DNA of 57,547 nt, counting the filler, from Circinaria calcarea (taxonomy: Eukaryota), in the NCBI GenBank assembly GCA_051942165.1. It is 4 parts of 4 records of this genome, joined end to end, with 100 filler letters (N's around TTAATTAATTAA, not from the genome) between each part and the next. Parts side by side here need not be neighbours in the genome. Positions count along the whole stretch, not along the records: positions 14,435 to 28,760 come from JAVECS010000443.1; positions 28,861 to 43,176 come from JAVECS010000444.1; 2 more parts are not named here. The stretch is one strand, 5' to 3'. Both the position numbers and the translations under genes were made by a program. The notes under the pieces are model-generated. The model searched no databases. It was not told the DNA's origin and was given only the letters and a program-made list of their open reading frames with translations. How positions within the stretch are numbered: the first letter of the stretch is position 1; each line of letters starts with the position of its first letter. Shown one piece after another: positions 26,268 through 39,136 of the stretch.

Positions 26268-26733
26268 GATACTTGAGGGGAGCCTTGGTTCACAAGACCG
26301 AATGGTAGATAATGTAGGTTGTTAATAAGTAGACATCGGACGGGTCATGTATAGGTCGTTGTGCTTTTTGGATCTGGACCTGTGTTTGTGGTGAGCAAAT
26401 GGGGCTGAAAGAGGCTCAAACGTAATTAAGGGTAAGTATGTATCATCTGTACCACAGCAACAGTGACTTCCGCACTGGATTACGTGCCAAGCCTCGGGGT
26501 TTAACCGATCGGATCTACCAAAGTACCCGCCGCTAAAGTTCAAGATGACGCCAATCTTCGGCTAGCCTAAACTCTTTAATCATCCAATTCGTACGGTACC
26601 TGAATTCCGTTTGTAAACAAACCTCATTGACCCTTCACTTGTATAACTTCTATGTCAATTGAACCGTTACCCACTCCAAGCATCAAAGGCACCTTTTCTA
26701 TATTGTATAGGCAGAGGGGTCTGGTAACGCGCA

Positions 26734-28072
26734 ATGGAGTCATCCGATCTGACTGTCAATGGGGCCTTGGCCAATGAAGATCTTTTCAATGGACACGCTG
26801 GAGAAACCATTGCAAACATTGCTCAGGCACAGGCAATCAGCGCAGGTGGGTCCTTAAGTGTACGCGTCGCTATCAGACTATAGCTGATGGATTCTATTCA
26901 GACGAGATAGCCCTTTACGATCGCCAAATACGACTCTGGGGCGTCAAAGCGCAGGAGAAGTAAGTGAGCATTACCTTGGCTGGCAGCAGATGGGTGGAGA
27001 AAATTAACTGTTCTCAGGTTACGAACAGCCAATATCCTACTCATCGGTATCAAAGCGCTCGGAAATGAAATTGCGAAGAACCTAGTTCTCGCTGGCATCG
27101 GTTCTCTGACCATCAGTGACGATCAGCCTGTACATGAAGATGATCTGGGTGCTCAATTCTTTATATCAGAACGTCACATTGGCATGAACGTAAGATCATT
27201 CTCATACCAACGGCTGGATCATTCCACTGACAGGACACCCTCAGCGTGCAGAAGCAGCGCTACCCCAAATCCAGAGGCTCAACCCCCGAGTTGGTCTGCA
27301 AGTTGATACCGACCCTATTCTCTTCAAAGATCCTGCCTACTTTGCTCCCTTCTCTCTCGTTATCGCTACCGACCTTCCCCTCTCGACGATATCTACTGTT
27401 AATGCTTCTTGCCGCCTTGCTAATCGTCCATTTTACGCCGCGGGTACGCATGGCTTTTACGGCTTCATATTCGCTGATCTGATCCTTCACGACTTTGTCA
27501 TTGAGCGCGAAAAATCAAACATTCCCACGGTTCTGAAGCCAGAGACAGCTACTCGCTCGATCATCGCCTCTTCTACGAAAAGGGGCGATAATGGCAAGCT
27601 CGTTGAGATAGTCACCAAGCGAGAAATATACTCTCCCATAATCCTAGCCAACAGTTCTTCGGTACCTGCCTCGCTTCTCTCCTCCCGCCGGCGTAGAATG
27701 CAAATCACACCACTCCTGACCTGCTTCAAAGCGCTCTGGGAGTTCCAGTCAATTTCCAACACCTTACCGTCGCATTCGCATGCAGATTTGGAACTGTTTA
27801 CGACATTGGCTACGGAAAAGCATCGAGACTTGCAACTCCCGCCCGAAACCCTGCGCTCGGAATTCCTCCGAAGCTTCTTACAGAATCTAGGAAGTGAGTT
27901 GGCGCCCGTGACGGCATTCCTTGGGGGCCAGTTGGCGCAGGATGTGATCAATGTGTTGGGCCAGAGGGAGCAGCCAATCCAGAACCTGTTGCTGTTCGAC
28001 GGTGAAGAATGCAAGGGGCCGGTCTACGCCTTGCATCCGATATTCCCACCTCTGGCGGGTGAAATGGTGTAA
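26734..28072 (+). CDS. AOS1: SUMO-activating enzyme subunit 1 (ThiF family, Aos1/Rad31)
   Basis: EIALYDRQIRLWGVKAQEK, ALGNEIAKNLVLAGIGSLT, GFYGFIFADL, ELAPVTAFLGGQLAQDVINVL; three introns. Confidence 0.93.
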
Positions 28073-28760
28073 AGCGTGTGGCAAGAGGCGTGGAATTGTG
28101 CTTATGAGCGTTACGTGGTGCATTTGGAACAGGGGCGTTGGTGGGCCCGCTGTCCAAATAAGCTGCCGGAAGGATCAGGTTCCGATTGGAAATCCAAAAG
28201 GGTACATCAGATCTGTCAGAGATCTAGGGCGAGGTGCAGAACGAGGCAACGTCTCGTTCAATCTATAGCTGCATACCGTTAGGTACCGTATGTAGGTAGG
28301 GTACAGCAAGTAGCCGCGTCATGCAGGACGGCCGTTTACAGGGCCAAGCGGTTTCGGACCTTTTTTGATTTGCAATCCGCAACATCCGTACGTTGTAGAT
28401 ACCCAACACAGTCCGGATAGATGCAGATGTGGCCTAGCCCTGGGCCTGGCCTGGCCATGGAATTATTGCCAGGGCTGCGGTGATTGGCAAGGACATGATT
28501 TTTGGATACCTACCCTCCTTTTTTTTCCGGGGGGAGGGGTGGCAAATAGATTGGGTGTTCATTCTATAAAAAATTGCCAAATCCCCCTAAATGTTTTTCT
28601 TTTTCCAGTCCACCGGGCCCGATCCAAAATAAATACTATGCCCTCAATCGGTATCTGGCGCCCTTTTGGAGCATCCCCCGTATGCACGTAACTAAACGTA
28701 TGCCCATCTATCGTAAAGTATATCGAGCCCAAAACAACCCCATCTCCCGCCCCCCCCCCC

Positions 28761-28860
28761 NNNNNNNNNNNNNNNNNNNNNNNNNNNNNNNNNNNNNNNN
28801 NNNNTTAATTAATTAANNNNNNNNNNNNNNNNNNNNNNNNNNNNNNNNNNNNNNNNNNNN
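28761..28860. other. Artificial contig spacer
   Basis: 44 N + TTAATTAATTAA + 44 N. Confidence 0.97.
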
Positions 28861-28927
28861 ATGCAAATATGGGAGAAAGTGTCACTGTACATAATCCAGT
28901 TAACCACTCTCCCCCCTTTGACTACGA

Positions 28928-30843
28928 TTACCACGTAAACCCTTCCTCCCAAAAATCCACCTTTCCCTCCTCCACCACCTCTCTCGCCGCCTGCCGGACA
29001 TCATCCGCCAACGCCCCGGGCCCACAAACACCCACACACATGGCGCCGATCCGGTTTCGAAACTCCTTCTCCACAATAACCCCAACCTTGACCCGACCGG
29101 CATGCATCTGGACCGTCCCGCTCGGACTGTGGATTTCCCGGGGAGACTTTGGTTTCGTGATGAAGAGTTCGACTTGTAACACGTCCCGTCGTCCGGGCAT
29201 AGATAGGAGGGTATCCATCCACGGGCGCACCCATTCCAGCTGTTCGGTCGTGCGGACGGTCCATACAAGGAGGATTCGGCGGGTGGCGGTGGTGCTGTTT
29301 GCGTAGCCGGAGATAAGGTCGCGGACGTGGCCGAGTTGATGGGTTATACCGACACCGCCGGCGAAGAGGAGAACGGTACCGTAAGAGTGAAGGGACTCGA
29401 GACCGCCGTACGGTCCTTCGAGGAATCCCTTCAGATGTAAGATGCCCGTCGGGGAGGCGCTCGCACGGTTGTAGAGCTTAGCTGTCATACCCGTACGTTT
29501 CGAGATGACGAGTGATACAGACGTGGTCGTGCGGTCTTTGGAGGGAGAGTCGAGATCTAAGCTTGAGCTTGGTAGCTTTTCTAGGCGCTCTAAATTGAGG
29601 TAGGGTGTAGATCTTGATTCGGACCAGGCGACGGAGAAAGGATGGGATTGCCAGAGTGATATACTCGGCAAATAGACATAGACATGGCACCCAGGTTTAT
29701 ATCTCCATGGCCGCCGAAGGTCGAAAGTCACTCGGCAAGCTTCCCCTGGCAAAGCCTCGACGGTCACGGTGGTAATCCCCCGACGTAGGGAGACATTGCG
29801 ATAGACGATATGAAACCAGCGGGCCAAGCGGTCGTAGGACCATAAGACGATTATAGTGATGACATATGGCATCTGAGGGAGAGGGCCGAGTTTGGCATGA
29901 TAATAGACACCAAGGAGAGCAGCAAAAGCAAGGAATTGATGGATGTGAAGGAACGTTTCGTAGAATGCATGGCGAATTGGTGACGGTGACTGAAGTAGTA
30001 TGATTGTCATAGCGATGGTACCGACGAGTCCAGATTGTAAAAAGGGATCTGATCGAAATGCTTCAGAGATCCCAAGGGATCCGGTGGCATTGCGCTTGTT
30101 AACAGCCCAAGCAATAGTATGCGCAATTGACTGTAGGATAACGATCCGACCAATCCATCTGTGGAAGAGATTGAATGTGTCAAAAGAGACATGTAGGAGT
30201 CCGATCAAAGGATTATTCCTGCCCGCCAGAACAAATAAACCGACCATGTTGACCACAGCTAGATGCCCTGTCCGTCCACGGATCTCTGCAACGAGAGCTG
30301 CCCGGTTCATCACACGATAATTCAACAAACAGCAGTAGACGATGTTGCTTATCAGGTAGAGACCCAACAGGAGCGTATGTAGTCTCGAGGGTATTGTCCC
30401 AACATTGATAGCTTTTGACAACTGCATCTCCCTATTGTGACGTTTCTTGTTCAGAGGTGCGTACAGCAGTTTTTTCTTGATACTCGGCCAGAAGGATGTT
30501 TGGTCCTTTGTCCAGTATGTTTGCCGATCCGCTGAAGAGGTACTTAGGGACATGATATGTCGTAAATGTGCATTGCCGCGCTGTGCCGTTCGAACAGATA
30601 TTATGAGGAGAAACAGAAAGGCTATCGTAACCCATAATGAGTGGCTGTAATTATAGTCAGCAGAAATTCCGATTTTGACCAGACGTAACATGCCCAAACC
30701 TACCTTGAAATTTGATCCACGGTTATGTTAACCCCTGCTAGTCCCGTCGTAAAAGGCAATATGTGTTCCACTGGCGACGAGGGATGAGGGTCGTCGGATA
30801 CTATTGTACCGCTCTGTAGCGGAGTAGTAGAGCTGGACACCAT
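28928..30843 (-). CDS. Ferric reductase-like transmembrane oxidoreductase (FRE family)
   Basis: GRNNPLI, FHRWIGR and FLHIHQ heme His motifs, QSHPFS (FAD), EGPYG and FAGGVGIT (NADPH), VCGP, EEGFTW*; short first exon spliced via GTAGGT..TACAG. Confidence 0.92.
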
Positions 30844-32944
30844 GGAGTCGGAGATAGGAGGCCTTGAAGGTTGCAGGGAAATGAATGTAAGAAAAGACGG
30901 TGACCAGCACGCGGTGGAAGTCGCAACAAGCTGTAACTGATGCTTTGGTAGGATCCAGTCGAGTAAAGATCAGCTAGACAGCCGAGGATGTGGTCTTCGA
31001 TGGAAGCGATTGACGCTTGATTATGGAAACGATGCGGCGTACTCAAGCAAACGGTAGTGGCAGTCGGGTATTATCCTGATCCAGGAGTGAACGGGAACAC
31101 GTGTCGGACAATAAGTCACCGGCGAAATAGATGAAGCGCAAAAAAAATGACTCCGAGGTTCAAGTGGCGATGCTGTGATATCCAAGAGTGAGTAAATGCC
31201 TTCATTGTTCTATTTTCCAGACCGGCACAATGAATGACAAAAGCAGCACAACAAAAGGCTCATCCATTGTCCTTTTACTCCCAGTGACAGTCTAGACCCC
31301 ATCGTTCCACACCCGTCACTCCCATGGACATGACCATCTGCAGGAGGGAGGAAAGACTTTGCGAACCTGATCTAAGTATACGCAATGCAAATGCAAATTC
31401 CCTTACACCTCGGTCCCAGTATAGTATGTATTATGGATGCGCCTCTCATTGAGCTGGACTGAGGATGGGCAGCAGAAAGCTGATTTAGAGGAATTTGAGG
31501 TGCATGATGTTCGCAAGACAGGACAGGAGTGAGGCTCACGCGCAAGGAAGCACTATCGCGTGGGTGTATACCAGTGTGGCCTGAGGCGGGGAGAGGATTG
31601 TTGAACGAAGGTGAACGTCGATGTGGATGCGAGGAGGCCTGCACTCGTCGACCTCGACCAAGACCAAAAGGCTCGAGCCTACGGAGTAGTTCAGGGATGA
31701 AAGATTCGGAGGGAGATTGCCAAGACTGCCATTTTCGACGGCGGATCCACAACACTCTCGAAGCTGTGAAACCCTCCGCGCACATCTCCAAGCTCCTAGT
31801 CCGGCCTCTCACGCGATATCAATTCCCCCTGCATTTTCTCCGCAAACCGTCTCTTCTACGGCCGATGATGAGACGCGTGTCAAACATTGTCGGGGACTTG
31901 ACGTTGAATGGCTGTCACCTGTCTCGAGGTTCCATACGCGCTTACATGACGATATCTAACCTGATTGGCTAGTCTCAGGACCCTGGGTAGATCAACTATC
32001 TAATCAGATCTCCTGTTGAGCACTTGTACTAGTGATATTTCGGATCAGCCACCGATACGGTAGGATGATGAAAGAACTCTCTGCCCAGTTCTTAGAACAT
32101 GGTAAAAACTCTGGTACTGAGTCTGCTCGAAGATTCGATCCACGATAAGAAGCTTATCGACTCCCTGTTGTAGCTCAACCTTTTCATGGCTGGTCGGTCC
32201 CTACGGAGTAAATAAAGCCTAGACAAGCCACTACGTAAAGTTCAAACGCTAACTGTAGTGTAAGTCATTTTGCAAGCATAATTGTATAGGTCGAATAAGG
32301 TAAATCTATGGTAGATTTTAAATTTCCTCCATGTGATATCTTCCCTATGGTGCCATGGTACGCATGGATGATCATAGGCCGACGCTTCCGGAAAGAGCAC
32401 CGTAAAACTCGGCTATTCTACCACTTGAAAGAAAAATTTTTCTTAGAGGAGCGGCCAGCAGTCGACATAATGATATAATTCGAATCTGTGACTTTATAAC
32501 ATCTACTAATGGTCAAGATAAGTAGATTTATTCTAGACCACCAACTGTTTGAGGCTAACATGCCAGTAGACAATAGAGCATGATTGCTGCCTTGAGCGAT
32601 GTTCACCGCTTCCGCTCCTTCAGCTTGTCCACCACTTCGATCCTGTCTCCCAGCCATCCCGAACTCTGTACTGCCTATTACCGTTTCTGATGCAGCACCC
32701 GGGTGGCTCCAGCATCTGAGTAGACTTTCTGGGATGACGCCGAAGACTCCTGGCTCGCATTACTCGCAGTTAAGCTGTTCCCCAAGCAAGAAAGGACCAG
32801 CCAGACGAGATCAGTTACGTGAGCAAAGCACGATAGGGATGGATGTGGTAACAAGGTGACAGTAAAGAAGTATGGGCATCGCAACGAAACATAAACAGCG
32901 GTGTGATGCAAAGGAAAACTTCATGGAATAGAAATCGACGAGTC

Positions 32945-33592
32945 CTAACATATACCCTGGCCTTTCTGCCCTCTTTTCTGTTCTTCGCGTTTCTCCTGCT
33001 CCTTCTTCTCCTTCGCTCGTTTCGCCTGCGCTTCCTGACGCTTTCGTTCTTGCTGTTGTTTCTCTTCTTTGCCCAGGTTTGTACGTCAGCTATAAGCATT
33101 TCTCTGTTGATTCTCGCACAGCCTCGTGATTCCATAAAGACAGATTAGGCCATACCGGCTGTTTGGTGTTGGAGCCCAAGAGTATTGACCCCAAAGTTCG
33201 GCGAATCATTCTCTTCGTGAGCTGTGCTCGTTCCGAGAATAACATAGTGGTTTCCCGCATTCACCACGTAGAAGGTCTCGGGAAATGACTTGGCTTCGCC
33301 CTCTTTGTGCCAACGGAGATCTACCTTGCCGATTAGGGTGTAGGACTGGAGCTTGGAGTCCTGGACTGTCGCCTCTTGACATGGCCTGTACGGAACTCGC
33401 AAGCGCTCTAACGTCACTTTGGAGATTATGCAAATCGACAAGGTCTTATCTATCCTTGCGCGTATGGACTCCTCCGTTTCTTCAAAATTGGAGAAAACTG
33501 TGATATCGACGAAGGGTTTCGACTCCTACCAAAACTATTAGCTCGATATCTGACCATTGTTTTGTTGAACATATTGCACTAGGCATTACCAT
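32945..33592 (-). CDS. Small retropepsin-like protein with a degenerate catalytic motif and charged coiled-coil tail
   Basis: Spliced model M|ESKPFVDITVFSNFEETEESIRARIDKTLSICIISKVTLERL...IGKVDLRWH...ETFYVV...YVILG...|EEKQQQERKRQEAQAKRAKEKK...*. Confidence 0.6.
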
Positions 33593-34588
33593 AAATGTCA
33601 AAGCAGGGTTATCGATAGGTTTATCCCGCCGAAGCCAAAATATCCGCAACAAGCGCGGGAAGATATCCAGAGTGAAGTCTGAGGCTTTTAAATTGGTATC
33701 CACTTCGTCTATTCATGGAAAAGAGCAGGCCACAGGTCTCTTTATGAGGTGGAAACACTGCAGCCTCGTCGGCAGGTGTTATCAGCCTCATTGACGAGCC
33801 GCAGCAGATGTGTTGGCGGAGCTCAATTGGTAGGCAATAAACTCCCATTGAAAAACTTAAAGCAGTAATTGAAAAGCTACAGCAGCCCCTCATAACGATA
33901 ATATTGACATGGATCGAAAGTTGAGGCGGGGTATCGCAAGAGAGCGGCATGGATAAGATTATCGTGAAGGAGTTAGTCACGTGCAGTCACGTGAGTGCTT
34001 ATGTAATCTGCACTAGTCTATTTAGTGTATAGACATCTCGCGTAATGGTAAGCAACTTCAGCTTGGAATACTACAATCGCACAGTCATCAAATCCCCCAT
34101 CAATATTCTCGACTGCAATTTCCGAAGTCACTTTGTTCTAATTGCGAGAGAAGCACAGCGCCTTATATGGTTAACCCTAACACACCAGTTATGCCAAAAA
34201 GAAACTCATAAATCATTACATTATCCACACCAAAGCATGGTGAGGCGTTGTGCCAACACTAGGGTCTCCTCCTTCTGCGTGAACTCAAGAACGTACGGAA
34301 ACGATAATTGTGGCACTGTGTACATTTATATGCACCCAGGACAACCGGCACACCATATATCCAGAGCGACAACTTGATCCTCCCCACTTAGCGTTAATCC
34401 AAATTGTGTAGGGTAAGGTAGAAGGCCCCTGTCCTTTGTTATCAAACACTTGGTGGATTGATATTCTCCAAAGGACTCTCCTCTACCTGTTTACCTTCTC
34501 GGGAGGTGAGCAATCTAGTCTATAAAGACACTTTAACTCAGAAGGGTTGAAAAAGTTTGCGCATCTTTTAAGACACCTGATTAGATAT

Positions 34589-35574
34589 TCAGTCTGCCCG
34601 TTTCAAGAACCAGACACTGTCGTCATTTATATAAAATCCAATTTCTTTGATGGTGTTTTCACTGAGCAGAATGTCAAACGCCTTGCTCGAGCTGGTATCC
34701 AGTACAGCGAATGTTGTCGTATATGTTTTTTGACGCTGGGCTATATGCCAATCTAACTTGATACTCCCGAGGGGCTTGATGTTAGGACCGATTGGCGTAA
34801 GTTCGGGACCCTCGTATGGTTCCATTTTGATACCAAGAGTATCCATCACCTGCTGACTGATAATATCAACTCTTAAACCAGTATCAAGCTTGCCAATCCT
34901 CGTCCCAAACTGTCCATCGGGGAGATGTATAAGCATTTTGAATGTGCTTTTGAATTCTGTTGGCTGAGCCAGACGAGCAGCATCTCTGGGAGCTCCAAAT
35001 TCGTCCGCTAGCATTGGTTGAGACTCCTGGATTCCAATAGCATCGACCTCGAGTTGGACAGCATATGCTTTCGCCTGGCTGTCAGTCCGCTCAGGAGAAA
35101 GCGGTTGTGGAATCGACTGATTGGGAGGAATCTCCTTCAGTTTCTCCAAGCGTGCCGTTAAAACTTCCGGGTGAACTTTTTGTCGCTTCTCCAGAGGCTT
35201 TTCGGAACCAGGGGAGCTGAAAGCTCCTCTTGACTGGTTTTTTGTCTCATTCTCCTTCTGGTCTGTTAGTTTTCATAATTGTCGCTGATTACAGATGTCC
35301 AGAACATTACCTTACAACACTTCGCTTTGCGAAGCTTGTCTCCCCATCTTTTTAGAATTGATCTCGGCTGTTTCGTTATTGAAGCTTCGCACTTTCGGTT
35401 TCCTCTAGCATTTTCATCCTCCGAGTCCGTTGGTCCAATGTAAGGGGATCCTGCCACCAAAGTCTCATCGTTCGATGTTGGCGAATTACCATCTTGGAGG
35501 CCACTGACCAATTGAACAGGTTGACTCGGATGTACCTGAGGGCTAGTGGGACCTGAGGAAGGGGATGTCTGCAT
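34589..35574 (-). CDS. Retropepsin-like (clan AA, single-lobe) aspartic protease domain protein with a disordered N-terminus; start uncertain
   Basis: RIGKLDTGLRVDIISQQVMDTLG...PLGSIKLDWH...TTFAVL...FDILLS; upstream Ser/Pro-rich exon joined in frame across an intron at ~35259-35310. Confidence 0.65.
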
Positions 35575-36713
35575 TCGTGTTCCTGAGGTCTGCTCGTTAG
35601 CTCCGTAGCACGAACGCAGAGTCGAGGATACGCCACTTACCTCGACATACAAGGGTCATAACAGGCATAGAGTTCGGTGTCAAAGGATCCCGTACAGTCG
35701 GCGTACAGACCCGCGAAATTGAAGGGCGATGTATCTAGTGGATAGGATTGGTAGCTGGATAACCAACAAAAATCAGACCAAAACAGGGGATATTTACTCT
35801 GCTCGGGGCGCAGGGGATAGTGATCGTTTACCTTGCTGCTAATAATGGAACTAGTTATGGATAGCACTTCTCATGTGCGATGGAAGTAGAGCATCCGCCA
35901 CACGAGCCAAATATGTTGTTTATGTGATAAACCATAGCCCTAGGGCGATTAGTCCGACCTGGTAGAATGCAAGTAACCCGCCAGTAACGGGCCGCTTCTC
36001 GAGTTGGAAGAGATGTTCTTCCACCTTTCTTGCGTGAACGCTATCTGGTAGACTCTCTTTCATTCAATGCGGCATGTTATTTCCAGTCGCGGTCTCGCTT
36101 AATTTGCATCTCGCGATTTAAAAAACCAGGCTAACTTCGGAGCTGCATTTGGGGGTTTTAGATTTTTGGTTAGAGCTTTACTGTGCGGCACAGATAGGCT
36201 AAGCCTGATACTGTAAAGCACGGAGGCCAGGCTGGCAGAAACTGATTGGCCAGAAGAGGTCCGACCAACAATGGAGCTATGTAAGGCTAGGCCGGGTGGC
36301 CCGTTGCGAACGAGGTATCGATTGGTTGGGAATAATATTATTACCGGCCTACCTAACATCCTCCGAGTATAACAGAGGAAAACTGAACCCCCCAATTGTT
36401 AGGAACAGCATTTGTTCAGCCCTAAAACTTTGGAGTTGATAAGTGCGCTACCTCGCACATATCATACGTGCGAGCTTGCATAGCTGGATATGATCCTGAG
36501 CCGCAAGGCTGACATCGGTTTGGCAAGGCGGTGACAAGGCGGCAGCTGTAATGCCTTGATTACTCGCCTTACTATCCTGGAGCTATGGTGGATCAACTTC
36601 ATAGGCCAATTCCCTGACCATAATACCTTCTGGGAGAACAGATTCGGTTCGAAGAAGACCGTCTGCAAACACCTGCGAACGGTTGACTTTACGCTATCCT
36701 TCAAGCCCAACCC

Positions 36714-37739
36714 ATGGGTGACTATACCAGACTTGCCACGTTAATCGGAAGCCATGAAGAACTAGCTTTATTTCGACGGTTTGCATTCTTAAACGCGAAG
36801 AATCTGCTTTACATGCAGTCAGAACTGGTCCACCTCGAAGGCGAGTTAGCAAATATTGCACTCGAGGATGATCGTTCTGGAGACGATGATAAAGCGTTGT
36901 TCCAAGGGTCCCTATTTGACTTGAAGGAATCTGCCGGGACCGAGAAAGGTTTACAATGGACAAAGGTGTTGGAAATTCGTGAGAAATTGAAGGAGTACAG
37001 TAGGTGCAGCTCCTGCGCATTCCGGAAAGAGGGCTAATGCGGCCATAACTTCTTCACAAGACAATGCTCTTCTGCAGTACTCCCAAATCCGGAAGTTCGA
37101 AAAGCCATTGAACAAAGACCTGAAGCTACTACAGGAATGGCTGGACCGTCCCGAGGGTGGCGATTTCTTCTTGCGGGGACGGGAAGCAGAGATTTGGGAG
37201 AATGAAAAGGACCTGATTGCGCTATCCGATCGACAAGCCAAGAAAGATAGCATCACAAGGTTTATAAGCGATACGGTGATTCCTTGGTATCATCATCGCT
37301 GGGGGCATCGGTTCAAGGTATTGCCTATCTCCAGCGAACACGCACGGGAGCTGAGACTTTGCCACGAAAGAATACTGCCACCTCTGGCGAAGACTGGAAC
37401 GGCTTGTGGCATTACGAAGAAGCGAGCTTCGTCGCTGTTGCCAATGCCATTAGTACCATTCTTTCCTCCCTCTTGCCCACTACTTCGATTCTGGTGCTGT
37501 ACTTTGTCAAAAGTTCCACGGCAAGAGTGGCGGTTACAATGCTCTTTACGACTCTCTTCTCATTGACATTGGCCACGGTTGCGAGGGCTAAAAAAACTGA
37601 GGCATTCGCCGCAACAACAGCGTAAGCCCCATGCAACGATTGACAAGAGTCTACGGACCCGCTGATCCAAATTCACCGATCTAGGTTCGCGGCGGTACAA
37701 GTCGCTTTTATAGGAGGAACAGGGATTTGCTCTACTTAG
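36714..37739 (+). CDS. DUF6594-like membrane protein (4 exons)
   Basis: YTRLATLIG..LFRRFAFLNAKNLLYMQSELVHLE, IREKLKEY|NNALL, DLIALS, C-terminal hydrophobic helices ending FAATTA|AFAAVQVAFIG. Confidence 0.85.
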
Positions 37740-39136
37740 GTCTATTAAAACAACCGTAGGAGGTAGTCATGAGACACTATGGCCAGGGATTCAGAATTTC
37801 ACTTATTGATCTTATATTTCACTTCTTTCCCCTTGTTTCTACCGTTGTCAGGAAGTATCTATAGGCCGTTCCCAAAGCCATCCTGGTATAAACTATGTAC
37901 TCTTATCTATCCGAATGTCAAGCCACATTTCCACGCATGATGGCCATGCCAGTATGAATCCACTACCCGCTAATTCCAATGCTTTATCCGCCTACTTTTA
38001 CCGGCATCCCATACTCCTCGAGCCCGCCAACATCTGCCTGAGCTCGAGTGCTGCATGATTGAAGGTATCGAGGAAGAATTCGCAGGTAGATTGGGTAGTT
38101 TGAGGTTTTGGTAATGCCCTAGGCCAAGAAAACCTGCAATGTGGCTTCGAAGACAATTAGCATCATATCTTGATGTGTACACAAGGACAGTCCCCTCAGA
38201 AGCCCGAAAACGTATAATTGCTTGAGGAATAGAAAGGAACAAACGATCAAATAACTATCCTCGGTGTGAGGTACAGAACCTTTCACTTCCTGTCTTGGGG
38301 GGTTTTACTCTCGTCCTGCTTCGGGTTTCGCAAAACACGACTAACTTCAAACACAACAGAGACTTTGCAGTCTGCACTCTGTATGGCCTTGTTTCAGTTT
38401 AGAAATCTTTCTTGTAAGTGTAGCGACGGACGATAAAGACGGAACAAAGAAAAGGAGCTGAATAGAAAAGTGGATGAAAGAGAAAAGCTCAGGGGGAGGT
38501 AGTAAAGGAAAAGAAGACTGCCCCCAATCTGCAGTCCCCCGCATCCTATGTAACCACACGTTGTTGGACCGCAACTGGGATAATACGTCATAGCACACCA
38601 AACGATTTTCATAGATAAACAAACCGGACGGCCGAGGAAGTTTTATAAAGGGCGGAAAGGGGGAGGAGTTAATAATATGGCAAGGGAAAGCTCCATATGT
38701 ACACTTCTATCTTGCCCCAAATCATTATTTATTTTTTAAAAAAAGGAAAGCTCTCGGCACCCAGGGGCTAAGAAGGATTAAGCCCTCCCTCGCTTGGGGG
38801 TTGGCTTATTTTCTTCATTCCATTGGGCTTGAGCGAGCGAGGATGATGCAGAAAACAGAGAAGGGGAGGCAGAGAGAAAACTCTAGCCCGTGATCTGGAG
38901 AGAGAGAAATGCAGAGTCTTTCGGTTTATTTCTCATGAGTTGGCAGGATGGCATACCTAATTGGCGAAGTCTGCTAGAGTATTTGGTTATATACGATGAA
39001 AAGCACAAAGGAGATTGCACAGCCTGCTCGGCGAAGGAAATTTACAAAAGAAATCGGACTAATCTTTGAATTTAACACTATACAAATGCGCCAAGAGTCG
39101 CCAGGACACAAGGACACAAAAGTTTCTCCCTGACCC

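Noticed and set aside
32815..33148. Arg-rich and Leu/Phe-rich ORFs
   Set aside because: Alternative-frame and antisense shadows of the charged last exon of the 32945-33592 gene
32945..35574. LTR retrotransposon remnant suggested by the DTG protease
   Set aside because: No LTRs, gag, RT or integrase; both genes have spliceosomal introns and open frames
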